DNA from: Candidatus Omnitrophota bacterium | GTDB taxonomy: Bacteria; Omnitrophota; Gorgyraeia; 1-14-0-20-64-10 | Length of the DNA stretch: 64,000 nt | Direction of reading: 5' to 3' | NCBI GenBank assembly: GCA_016177405.1 | Contig: JACOVG010000006.1 | Location: forward strand, 10,064-74,063 | Part shown: positions 27,850 through 36,629 of the stretch, one piece after another | Layout: each line of letters opens with the position of its first letter | Numbering within the stretch: position 1 is the stretch's first letter | Translations under genes and position numbers: made by a program | Notes under the pieces: model-generated | What the model saw: only the letters and a program-made list of their open reading frames with translations | Told to the model about the DNA's origin: nothing | Databases searched by the model: none

Positions 27850-29048
27850 GGGCTCTTCCCCCGGGCGAAGGGCCATCGTTTTTCCATAACGAGCCGCATG
27901 GCGGTGGTGGCGTTCGGATCCTGCAGGCTCAATTGGCGAAAGTATCGGGCGGCCTCCCATCCCTGCCCCCGTTCAACCACCAACTCGAGCTGGTTGTAGA
28001 CGCGCCACCGCAGATCGATCTCCCCGTCTGGAAGCCTCTCGAGGAGCTCCACGAGAATTTGGGCGGCTTCCTGCGGGCGGCCCGCCTGAAGCTCGGCGTT
28101 CCCCGCCCACAACCGGCACCACTTGGCGAGGTACGAAGCCGGGCAACGCTGGATGACCCTGCGGTATTCCGCCAAGGCCTTCTCCCATCGCCCGTACAGG
28201 TGGTAGTTGCGAGCCGCGTAGTAAGTGCGCAAAGCCCAATGGAATTCCTTGAGGCTCATGACGTGAGGATCCTGCTGCTCCAAGTGAGCGTTCTCCGGCA
28301 CCTTGGGAAGCAGCGCGAGGTGAAGATCCTGGAAAGCGTTGGCCCACGTAGGACCCAGAAGCCGCCAAAGCCGGTGAATGGGATTGGCCAAAAAGGCCTT
28401 GGGGGCGCGCGACTTCACCATCGACAGGAAGAGACTGGGGGGCCTATGAGAATTAAAGATCTTATTGTAGGTCAGCAAGACGTGCTCCTGGGCTTCGGGA
28501 GCCAGGCTGGCAAAAACCGGCTGGGCCTGAAGGAGCTCGGGAGATCCAGAGACGTCTTCCCAGGTGGCCGGGGTTCCGTCCGGCAGCTTGAAGGTGATCC
28601 CAAAAAGAGGGTCGTAGTAAACCCATTTCCCACCGACGCGAACCACCAGGGCGGCGTGTATCGAGGGCCCATCCAAACCGGTGTAGAACTGGATGATCCG
28701 GCTTCGAACTCCCGTCAAGCTTAAGAAGGTCCCTACCGTCCAAACCTTCTGATCGCACCAGCCGATGCCTCGGACCAGACTGCTCCAGGGATCGGTGTCG
28801 ATGGTGTATCCCGGGCCCGGATACATCTGCTCCTGCACGAAAAAGAGAACACGATCCGTCAGAATGAGGGGATCGGATTCTCCGTGAGCCACCTGTTCCA
28901 AGACCACCGAGTAGCTTGCCTCGCGGTAGACGTACTCTCTTAAGCCCGGCAGCGCCAAGAAGGCCGCCAGAGCGAGAAGACCCGCCCCCGCCCCAACGGT
29001 GACCAGGCCTTTCCAACGAAAGCGCCTCAAGCCTGGGTTAAAGGCCAC
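27846..29048 (-). CDS. Membrane-anchored transglutaminase-like (Cys-protease fold) protein with C-terminal TPR-like repeats
   Basis: Probable GTG start 29048 (GGAGG SD 9 nt upstream) giving N-terminal TM VAFNPGLRRFRWKGLVTVGAGAGLLALAAFLAL; transglutaminase-like core GWCDQKVWTVGTFLSLTGV...HAALVV...YYDP; C-terminal helical repeats (YYAARNYHLYGRWEKALAEYRRVIQ...). Confidence 0.55.
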   Translation of the reverse strand: MAFNPGLRRFRWKGLVTVGAGAGLLALAAFLALPGLREYVYREASYSVVLEQVAHGESDPLILTDRVLFFVQEQMYPGPGYTIDTDPWSSLVRGIGWCDQKVWTVGTFLSLTGVRSRIIQFYTGLDGPSIHAALVVRVGGKWVYYDPLFGITFKLPDGTPATWEDVSGSPELLQAQPVFASLAPEAQEHVLLTYNKIFNSHRPPSLFLSMVKSRAPKAFLANPIHRLWRLLGPTWANAFQDLHLALLPKVPENAHLEQQDPHVMSLKEFHWALRTYYAARNYHLYGRWEKALAEYRRVIQRCPASYLAKWCRLWAGNAELQAGRPQEAAQILVELLERLPDGEIDLRWRVYNQLELVVERGQGWEAARYFRQLSLQDPNATTAMRLVMEKRWPFARGKSP

Positions 29049-30882
29049 GAGAGACAACCTCCGGGGCGTGATATTCCGACTGCAGCTTCCAGAGGCGGGC
29101 GTAGATCCCTCCGCGGGCAAGGAGCTCCGCGTGCGTCCCTCTTTCCACCAACCGGCCTTCGGCCAGAACCAGAATCTGATCCGCGTGGGCGATCGTGGAA
29201 AGGCGATGGGCAATGGCCAGAAGGGTTCTCCTTCCTCTCTGCTCCTCCAAGACCTGCTGGATCTGCCGTTCGGAATCAGAGTCCAGCGCCGAGGTGGCCT
29301 CATCCAGAATCAGGAAGTCAGGCTGCCGGATCAGGGCCCTGGCCAGCGCCACCCGCTGGGCCTCCCCCCCGGAGAGACGCTGCCCTCGCTCCCCCACCAC
29401 GGTCTCATAGCCCTGGGACAGCTTCCGTATGAAGCCATCGGCGTGGGCGTCCCGGGCGGCCGAGGCGATCTCTTCCCCTGTAGCATCCGGTTTTCCAAAA
29501 GCGATGTTGTCGCGGAGGCTGGTGTGAAAAAGGAACGGATCCTGGGGCACCGATCCCACCCGCCCAAGCCAATCGTTGAGGTCTAAGGCAGCCAGAGGCA
29601 CCCCGTCGATCAGGATCGCCCCGCCGGTGGGTTCGTAAAGCCGAAGTAAAAGATCCGCCACTGTGGATTTTCCTGTCCCCGATAAACCCACCAGAGCCGT
29701 GAAACTGCCTCGCGGCAAAGAGAAGGCCAGTTCCGAAACGGCCGGCGACTCGTCCGGGCCATACTGGAGGCTGACCTCTCTAAACTCCACCGAATGGCGA
29801 AACCCTCCAAAGCGCTGACGGATTTTGGGCTCAAGGCGCTCAACGGAGAGGATCTCATTCATCCGGACGATGCTGGGCGCGAGGGAAGTCAACCCGGCCA
29901 GGTGGGCAAAGAGGGCGCGCAGTCGCGGGGCCACCCGGTGAACCGCCACCAGGAACGCCAGGAGCGAAGGCAGGGTGCTCGTTTGGCCTGGACCCATCAT
30001 CCACGTGCCGGCCGCCAGGAAGAAGCCCACCCCGACAACCGTCAACAGGTCGGTGAGCGGCTCGGGCACGTTGACCCAAAGCAACGCTCTCTGCTGGCCC
30101 TTGCGCTGACGTTCAAGGAGATTCTCCATCTCGCGAATGCCCTCCTCCTGACGGCCGAACGAATGCAGCAGACGAAGGGCCTGAAACGATTCTGCCGCCG
30201 TCCGGGAGAGGGCGAGCATCGCCTGGCGCACCTTCATGGAGTGGTGCGCGACCTGCCGCATGACAATCTGCATCAGGCGGGAAATGACCCCATAAGCCAC
30301 CAGCGCCACCAACGTCAGCGGCCAAGAAAGCCAAAAGAGAATCCCGGCGTAGGCCGCCAAAAAGAGGAGGGTCCGGGCCAGATCGTTCACCCGGCCAAAG
30401 GCCTCACCCAAAGAAGCCGGCTGGTTGAGATAATCGGTCAAATCGCCCAGACGATAGGCGCTCACCCGGGGAAAAGAAAGCCGCAGGATGCGCGCGTAGA
30501 TTTCATTCGTGGCCTGGGCCTGGACCCGTGGCCTGACCCACGCGGTCAGCGCCACAGAAAGAAATTGAAAACCGGACCGCAAGACCTGTGAGAGGACCGC
30601 CAGGAGGATGAGCCACAGGAAAAGCTGCTCCCGGCCGAGGCCGGCCCGAAGCCCTTGGAGCCTTTCCCCCCACGGTCCCAGGAAAGCGTTTGAGCTCAAA
30701 TTCTCGGGGTTGCCCAAGACCTGAAGAGCGACGGTGATAAAACCCAGGGAACCGGCCTCGAAGAAAGCGCACAGGGTATTGGCGGCAAACGCCAGGAAGG
30801 CCCATTTCCACCATGGCCTCGAAAATTTCCAGGTGGCCTCAACGCTAACGAGCCAACCTAACGTGTTATGTCTATTCCACAT
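29038..30882 (-). CDS. ABC transporter, fused permease/ATP-binding (MsbA/PglK-type exporter)
   Basis: 614 aa; six-TM N-terminal half then Walker A GLSGTGKST, signature LSGGEAQRVALARAL, Walker B ILDEATSALD. Confidence 0.85.
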   Translation of the reverse strand: MWNRHNTLGWLVSVEATWKFSRPWWKWAFLAFAANTLCAFFEAGSLGFITVALQVLGNPENLSSNAFLGPWGERLQGLRAGLGREQLFLWLILLAVLSQVLRSGFQFLSVALTAWVRPRVQAQATNEIYARILRLSFPRVSAYRLGDLTDYLNQPASLGEAFGRVNDLARTLLFLAAYAGILFWLSWPLTLVALVAYGVISRLMQIVMRQVAHHSMKVRQAMLALSRTAAESFQALRLLHSFGRQEEGIREMENLLERQRKGQQRALLWVNVPEPLTDLLTVVGVGFFLAAGTWMMGPGQTSTLPSLLAFLVAVHRVAPRLRALFAHLAGLTSLAPSIVRMNEILSVERLEPKIRQRFGGFRHSVEFREVSLQYGPDESPAVSELAFSLPRGSFTALVGLSGTGKSTVADLLLRLYEPTGGAILIDGVPLAALDLNDWLGRVGSVPQDPFLFHTSLRDNIAFGKPDATGEEIASAARDAHADGFIRKLSQGYETVVGERGQRLSGGEAQRVALARALIRQPDFLILDEATSALDSDSERQIQQVLEEQRGRRTLLAIAHRLSTIAHADQILVLAEGRLVERGTHAELLARGGIYARLWKLQSEYHAPEVVSRGL

Positions 30883-30974
30883 AGGGAGAGGGAGAAGCCG
30901 GCATGTTCATCAAACGAACATGCCATAACTCCATAGGGTTGTCAAGAAGCATTCCGACTCCTTAGAGAACTCCT
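30883..30974 (-). promoter_or_regulatory. Sole sizeable intergenic region: candidate promoter/operator upstream of the ABC-exporter-led gene block
   Basis: Lower-GC 92-bp gap between asnB-like stop and ABC start; minus-strand TTGACA (plus 30940-30945); perfect 8-bp inverted repeat GCATGTTC-N7-GAACATGC at 30901-30923, 18 nt upstream of ATG; flanking direct CCATAGGG repeats. Confidence 0.35.
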
Positions 30975-32840
30975 CTAAAGCTCAAAGAGTGTCAGCCACA
31001 CCTCGAAGGTGAGCAGAAGCCACAGGGGGTTGGAGAAGTCCTGGCGGCCCGACCAATGGTCTTCCACCATCCGCCGAATCGGCCCAGGATCCAGATAGCG
31101 CCTCATGCGGGCGTTGGCGGCGCACAGGTGATCCGCGAGGGGCTGCCTTAAGCTCTTTCTGAACCAGGCACCCAGGGGAACCCCAAAACCCATCTTGCTC
31201 CTGCGGCGGATCAAGGGCGGCAGTAAATCGTCGAAGGTCTCCTTTAAAATCCACTTGGAGGTGAAGCCCCTCCACTTGAAACAACCCGGAAGCCGGAAGG
31301 CCCACTCGACGAGGGCGGTGTCCAGAAAAGGGGATCGGGTTTCCAAACCATGGGCCATGCTGCAGCGGTCCATCTTCACGTGAAGATCACAAGGCAGGTA
31401 CCGGCTAAAATTCAACCGCAGAACCCTGTCCAAAAGAGATCCCCCCCAAGGGTCTTCAAGGAAATTCCGATAATCCAAAAGGAGGTCGCTCCCCGGTAAA
31501 TCCTTCAGCAAAAACCGGTCTGGTTGAGGGAGATAGGTCGTCCAGGCGTAGTACCTTTGCGCCCTGGATCCACCGGCCGTCTCCAGAAAACGTTTGGCTC
31601 GAGAAAGGGGATTCCGCGAACGGCTCGGCACCGGCAGCAACCGGCTCAACCCGCCGGCCGCCCGGCGCGCCATCGGGGGCAGTCGGTCCGAGGCCAGCAA
31701 GGCCCCGAACCTCTGGTAGCCGGCGAAGAGCTCATCCCCGCCATCCCCGTTTAAGGCAACGGTCACGTGCGAACGGGTCAGCTTGGACAGGAGAAAGGTC
31801 GGAATGGCCGAGGAATCCCCGAAGGGCTGGTCGTGGTGCCGAACCAGATCGGTCAAAAGATCAAAGGAGTCGGGTTTCACCGTAAAGACGGTGTGGTCGG
31901 TCCTGAAGCGCTCCGCGGCGCAGGCGGCATAGGCCGTCTCGTTGAAAGAGGGGTCCCCCTCGAATCCGATCGAAAAGGTCTTGGGCTTGGAAGCCCCCAG
32001 CCTCGCCATCAGACCCACCACAATCGTGGAATCAATGCCTCCGCTTAGGAAAGCCCCCAGGGGGACATCCGCCACCAGCCGCTTGCGGACCGCTTCGGTT
32101 AAAAGATCCCGCAGCTGCTGCTTGGCTTCAGGCAAAGGAAGGGCCGATTCCCTCTCGGGAGGAAGCGCCCAATACCGTTCTTCGCGAATCACGCCGCCGC
32201 CAAGCCGAAAGACCAGGAGGTTACCCGGTTCCAACTGCCGGATCTCTTTAAAGCAGGTTTGTCCAGGCGGGGGATAGCCGAAGGCCAGCAGGTACGGGAG
32301 ATTCTGTTCCTCCAGCTGTTTGGGAACATGCGGGTGAGCGAAAAGGGCTTTGATCTCGGAGGCGAAGGCGAAGCAGTCGCCGTTGGTCCAATAGAAGAGG
32401 GGCTTTTTTCCGGTTCGGTCGCGCGCGAGGAGCAGCTCTTGCCTTAAACCGTCCCAGAGGGCCAGCGCGAACATCCCATCCAACCGGCGGATGGCCGATA
32501 CCCCCCAGGCCTGATAGGCCCGTAGGATGACCTCGGTGTCACAGCGGCTTCGAAAAGTGAAGCCCTGGGTCTCCAGCTCGGCCCGCAGTTCCTTAAAGTT
32601 GTAAACCTCGCCGTTGTAGCACAGCCACACCGGAGAATCTTCGCTGGCCATTGGCTGCCCCGCTTCGGGCGTTAAGTCGATCACCTTCAAACGACAGTGG
32701 CCCAATCCAACGAAGGGCTGCGCCAGGAGGGTTTTAGATTCGTCCGGCCCCCGGTGGCCCAGGAGCTTGATCATTCGCTGAAGCTCCTCTCTCCTGACCC
32801 CTTCTCCATTGGCGTGGACGACGCCAGCGAAACCGCACAC
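30975..32840 (-). CDS. Asparagine synthetase B-family glutamine-hydrolysing amidotransferase
   Basis: N-terminal MCGFAGV (Ntn Cys2 glutaminase) and PP-loop SGGIDS; 621 aa. Confidence 0.85.
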   Translation of the reverse strand: MCGFAGVVHANGEGVRREELQRMIKLLGHRGPDESKTLLAQPFVGLGHCRLKVIDLTPEAGQPMASEDSPVWLCYNGEVYNFKELRAELETQGFTFRSRCDTEVILRAYQAWGVSAIRRLDGMFALALWDGLRQELLLARDRTGKKPLFYWTNGDCFAFASEIKALFAHPHVPKQLEEQNLPYLLAFGYPPPGQTCFKEIRQLEPGNLLVFRLGGGVIREERYWALPPERESALPLPEAKQQLRDLLTEAVRKRLVADVPLGAFLSGGIDSTIVVGLMARLGASKPKTFSIGFEGDPSFNETAYAACAAERFRTDHTVFTVKPDSFDLLTDLVRHHDQPFGDSSAIPTFLLSKLTRSHVTVALNGDGGDELFAGYQRFGALLASDRLPPMARRAAGGLSRLLPVPSRSRNPLSRAKRFLETAGGSRAQRYYAWTTYLPQPDRFLLKDLPGSDLLLDYRNFLEDPWGGSLLDRVLRLNFSRYLPCDLHVKMDRCSMAHGLETRSPFLDTALVEWAFRLPGCFKWRGFTSKWILKETFDDLLPPLIRRRSKMGFGVPLGAWFRKSLRQPLADHLCAANARMRRYLDPGPIRRMVEDHWSGRQDFSNPLWLLLTFEVWLTLFEL

Positions 32841-32841
32841 T

Positions 32842-34677
32842 CTAGATCCAACCCTTCATGCGGTAAGCCAGCAGGGCCAGGAATTCGTGCACGATCCCCC
32901 TGATCTGGCGAGGCGTGACGCTGCCATCCCGATGGTAGAAGCGGCCGCGAAGGACCGGTTGATGCACCACCTTAAGTTCCGGGGCATTCTTCCTGAAGAC
33001 CAAGTCTGCTCTTTTGGCGTGGTAAGGGGAGGTGACGAGGAGAATGGAACGCCACCCCGAGGTTTGGGCAACGGCCCGGACCCGGAGAACATATTCATAG
33101 GTGCTGCTGACGCGGGTTTCGATCAAGATCGCGCCCCTGGGAACCCCCAGGGAGGTCAAGAGCGCGCGCATGAGATCCGCCTCATGAAAAGTCCAGGTGA
33201 AGCCTGAAACCAAGAAAATACGGGGGGCGAACCCCTGCTGATAAAGCTCCAGGGCCTGTTTCGCCCGTTCCTGATAGCCTTCCTCCGGTTGACCCAGCTC
33301 CCCCACCCCGCCGCCAAAAATCACGATGGCATCCGCCGGCTGGGGGCTCTGCGCCAACCTAAGCGGGGAAGCGACAAACCAAACCAGGGGGGTCCTGAAA
33401 ACAAAGAGCGCCAGGAGAACCAGAGCGGCAGACCAGCGCAAGAGCCGCCGGGAACGCAGGAGTGAAGCGCGAAGCTTATGCATGCCGTCTTCCAGAGGGC
33501 TTGTCGTTTTCCGGGTGATCACCTCATCGATCAAGCCCTGCATCTGAACAATCCGGCTGGCCCAGCTGTTGGCCTTGGCAGCGGCAAGACGCTGTTTCAT
33601 GTCCGCTCCGCCGCCGTCTTTAAGCAGCCCATCGATGGCCCTGGAGAAATCTTCCGCGCTGTCTCCAATGGTGACCAGCTCCCCATGGCGCCGGTTGTAT
33701 TCCAAAACCTCCGGCAGGGGGGTCGAAACCACCGGCTTGCCCAGGGCATGGTACTCGTTGAGCTTCGTGGGATAAACGTTTCGCGTGTACCCCGTCAGGC
33801 GGTACGGGATGAGTCCCACATCAAACTGCTTGACGTAATGAGGCAGCTCCTGGTGAGACTTTTTCCCAAGGAAGAAAACGTTGGGGGAGCGCGCGAGCCG
33901 CTTGCAGTCCGTCTGCAGGGGGCCCACCAGGACAAAGGAGCAGTCGGGGCGCTTTTGGGCGAGCGAGGCAAAGAGCTCCTGGTCCACCCACTGATGAATC
34001 CCTCCAACGTAACCCACCACCGGATGAGGGATTCCGGACAGGTCGCCGGGCACGTGGGCCGGACCGTCCAGCGCCTGGGTGAAGGTGGGCAGATCCACTC
34101 CGAAAGGAAACAGATGCGTTTGCTTGGCCCAAGGGCTGGCGCTCCGGTGAAGAGCCCGAGAGGTGACAAAAACCAGGTCCGCCCGCCGGAACAGCTCCTG
34201 CTCGCTGGCCACAATCCGCTGCGCCGCCGGTGTCGAATCGCTGAAGCTGTCGATGCAGTAATAAATGAGCGCCTGATGGGGAACCGACCGGATGATCTCC
34301 AGGGTAAGCGGCGTGGGCAGGAAGGTCCAGAGGACCGGATGATGGAAGTCCATCGCCTCCATCCAGCGCCTTAAGGCCGTCAGAACCAGCCACCGGTTGA
34401 TCCCTTGGGCCCACCGAGAATAGGGAAAGGGCAGGACGAGGGGTGAAAAGACGTAGAGATCCCGCGCCTCTTGTCTGAACCCCTGGAGGGATTTCAGCCA
34501 GCGGAGAAGCCGGTGGCTGATCCTGGAGAGGTCCCGGAGTTGCGGGTTTCGAACACCGGTGTTCTCGACAAAAAGGACCCGGTGGCCTTTTTGAGCCAGC
34601 GTGGACATGATCTCCTGGTGCCCCTGCCAGATGAAGTCCCAGTCGATCGAGGAGATGCAAAGGATCGGCGCGGGCAT
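32842..34677 (-). CDS. Glycosyltransferase family 4 (GT-B, group 1) fused to C-terminal DUF218/YdcF(ElyC/SanA)-like domain
   Basis: N-terminal half: VGYVGGIHQWVDQELF...GKKSHQELPHYVKQFDVGLIPY...NEYHALGKPVVST (GT4 E-x7-E region); residues ~400-611: TM then DAIVIFGGGV...RIFLVSG...LLVTSPYHAKRA (DUF218). Confidence 0.7.
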   Translation of the reverse strand: MPAPILCISSIDWDFIWQGHQEIMSTLAQKGHRVLFVENTGVRNPQLRDLSRISHRLLRWLKSLQGFRQEARDLYVFSPLVLPFPYSRWAQGINRWLVLTALRRWMEAMDFHHPVLWTFLPTPLTLEIIRSVPHQALIYYCIDSFSDSTPAAQRIVASEQELFRRADLVFVTSRALHRSASPWAKQTHLFPFGVDLPTFTQALDGPAHVPGDLSGIPHPVVGYVGGIHQWVDQELFASLAQKRPDCSFVLVGPLQTDCKRLARSPNVFFLGKKSHQELPHYVKQFDVGLIPYRLTGYTRNVYPTKLNEYHALGKPVVSTPLPEVLEYNRRHGELVTIGDSAEDFSRAIDGLLKDGGGADMKQRLAAAKANSWASRIVQMQGLIDEVITRKTTSPLEDGMHKLRASLLRSRRLLRWSAALVLLALFVFRTPLVWFVASPLRLAQSPQPADAIVIFGGGVGELGQPEEGYQERAKQALELYQQGFAPRIFLVSGFTWTFHEADLMRALLTSLGVPRGAILIETRVSSTYEYVLRVRAVAQTSGWRSILLVTSPYHAKRADLVFRKNAPELKVVHQPVLRGRFYHRDGSVTPRQIRGIVHEFLALLAYRMKGWI

Positions 34678-34679
34678 CG

Positions 34680-35744
34680 TTATTCCCTAAGCTTGAGCAA
34701 GCTTCTGAACAGACCCGGCCGGCTGGTCGCCCAAACAAGCGGCCGGGTGGCCTTCGACCGGATGAGGAGCTTCATCACCCAGCAAACGGCGTATTGCGCT
34801 AAGCCGGTCCGATAAAGGCGCATCCGATGAAGGGCCTGTTCAAAGTCGGCCGGCGAGAGCCGGTAGTTGAAGATCTCAAAAAGCGTCCGGGCCGCGCGGC
34901 CCGGGGGGCTTGCGTTTTCCCTGAAATGAAGCCCCACCTCAAAGGCCAGCGCCCAAAAGAGGTATCGGCGGATGTATCTTCGCCACCGGCCGACCATGGC
35001 CCGGCGCTCCGGGAATCGCGCCAGATGCTCATCGCAGTAACGGTTCATGTTGATGTCGTAGTCTTGCGACATGGAGACAATCGTCCGAGTGCTCTGCGCC
35101 CTGCGCTCCTGCCGGCTTTTCCAAAGAATTTCAGGAATGTGGCCGATGGCACCGCGCTCGGCCAGCCGGAACCAGACCACAAAATCGCCGAACCCAATGG
35201 GTCGATCCTCGTCGAATCGGATCCCTTCCAGACGCGCCCGCCGGATCATCGCCCCGGGGGCCGCGATGGAGGAACGGCCGGAACGCAGCGTCTGTTCGAT
35301 GTAGACAAGCCCGGGTGTCACTTCCGCCACCGCGTACCGGCGCAGCCCCAAGGGCTCCCCGGCCTCACCCGAAAGCTCCCAGTCGGAGCAAACCACCTCC
35401 GCCTCGGGATGCCTCTTGAGGAACTCCACGTACCGGGAGACGATCCGGGGGTCGCGATCGTCGTGATCGTGAAAGAAGCAAAGGAACTCCCCACGGGAAG
35501 CCTCCAGGCAAAAGTTGTGATTCCCGTAAAGGCCGATGTTCTTGGACTGCCGGAAATAGCGGATCCGAGGGTCGCTGCGCGCCGCCTCCTCGCACAGGAA
35601 CTGGGTCTCATCCTCCGAGGCGTTGTCGCTGATCACGATTTCAAGCGAAGGGTAATCCTGCCCTTGAATGCTCTTTAAGCTCTCCCGGAGGAAGGCCGCC
35701 CGGTTGCAGGTGGGGACGCAGATGGAAACCAGCGGCTGGGGCAC
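34680..35744 (-). CDS. Glycosyltransferase family 2
   Basis: VSICVPTCNRAAFL...IVISDNASEDET...HDHDD. Confidence 0.75.
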   Translation of the reverse strand: MPQPLVSICVPTCNRAAFLRESLKSIQGQDYPSLEIVISDNASEDETQFLCEEAARSDPRIRYFRQSKNIGLYGNHNFCLEASRGEFLCFFHDHDDRDPRIVSRYVEFLKRHPEAEVVCSDWELSGEAGEPLGLRRYAVAEVTPGLVYIEQTLRSGRSSIAAPGAMIRRARLEGIRFDEDRPIGFGDFVVWFRLAERGAIGHIPEILWKSRQERRAQSTRTIVSMSQDYDINMNRYCDEHLARFPERRAMVGRWRRYIRRYLFWALAFEVGLHFRENASPPGRAARTLFEIFNYRLSPADFEQALHRMRLYRTGLAQYAVCWVMKLLIRSKATRPLVWATSRPGLFRSLLKLRE

Positions 35745-35745
35745 G

Positions 35746-36618
35746 CTAGGGCCTTCCCTTCAGGGCCGCCAATCCCAGCTCCACGTTGGAAAAGGGCTCC
35801 GCCCCGGCCGCGGACAATTTTCGTGTGCCCAAGCGGACGCGGAGAGGCCTGCGCGCCGGCTGGTGGAGCTCTTCGGTGGGGACGGCAATGACCCGGCGCG
35901 CGTCCAGGCCAAAGGAGGCGCAGATCCGATGGGCAAAATCAATCCGCGAGAGGAAGTCGGGGCCGACGGCGTGGAAGGTTCCGGTACGGTCTTTCTCCAG
36001 AAGGAATCGGGTTGCGCCCGCTACGTCCGACGTGGCGGTCGGAGACCCCCACTGGTCTGACGCCACCCGGACGGTCCCGCCGGCCACGAGCCGGTCGGCG
36101 AGCCGGAGAACGAAGTTTTTTCGGGCCTGATCAGGCCCGTAGAGGCTGGAGGTCCGCAGGATCAGGTGACTTTCCGGGAGCTCTTCGCGGACGGCCTGCT
36201 CTCCCTCCACCTTGCTTTGGGCATACCGGTTCAAGGGATGAACCGGGGACTCTTCCGAGGCGCTGGCCAAGCTCCCGTCAAAGACATGGTCCGTGGAGTA
36301 AAAAACGACGATGGCCCCCCGCCCCCGGGCCCACCGCGCCACGCTTCGCGGACCTTCCACGTTGACCCGGCGGCAGAGCTCGGCCTCACTTTCGCACCCA
36401 TCCACGTTGCAGTAGGCCCCCGCGATCAGAATCCAGTCGGGCGCGAGCCGATCGAGCAGCCTCAGGGTGCCTGCGGCATCGGCCAAATCCACCAGGGGCC
36501 TTCCGGGTTTCGGACCTCGGTGGACGGCCTCCATCACCTCGTAAGCCCCTTGAAACTTCTGGACCAAGGCCATTCCCAACTGACCCCCCGCCCCCAAAAC
36601 CAAAACCCTTCGTCCCAT
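35746..36618 (-). CDS. RmlD-like (dTDP-4-dehydrorhamnose reductase family) NAD(P)H-dependent sugar 4-ketoreductase
   Basis: MGRRVLVLGAGGQLG; YAQSK (Y-x3-K). Confidence 0.7.
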   Translation of the reverse strand: MGRRVLVLGAGGQLGMALVQKFQGAYEVMEAVHRGPKPGRPLVDLADAAGTLRLLDRLAPDWILIAGAYCNVDGCESEAELCRRVNVEGPRSVARWARGRGAIVVFYSTDHVFDGSLASASEESPVHPLNRYAQSKVEGEQAVREELPESHLILRTSSLYGPDQARKNFVLRLADRLVAGGTVRVASDQWGSPTATSDVAGATRFLLEKDRTGTFHAVGPDFLSRIDFAHRICASFGLDARRVIAVPTEELHQPARRPLRVRLGTRKLSAAGAEPFSNVELGLAALKGRP

Positions 36619-36629
36619 TCCCGAATCCT

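Noticed and set aside
30901-30923. Inverted repeat as a Rho-independent terminator for the asnB-like gene
   Set aside because: Hairpin is AT-rich with no downstream U-tract on the transcribed strand; position 18 nt before the next ATG fits an operator/leader structure better.
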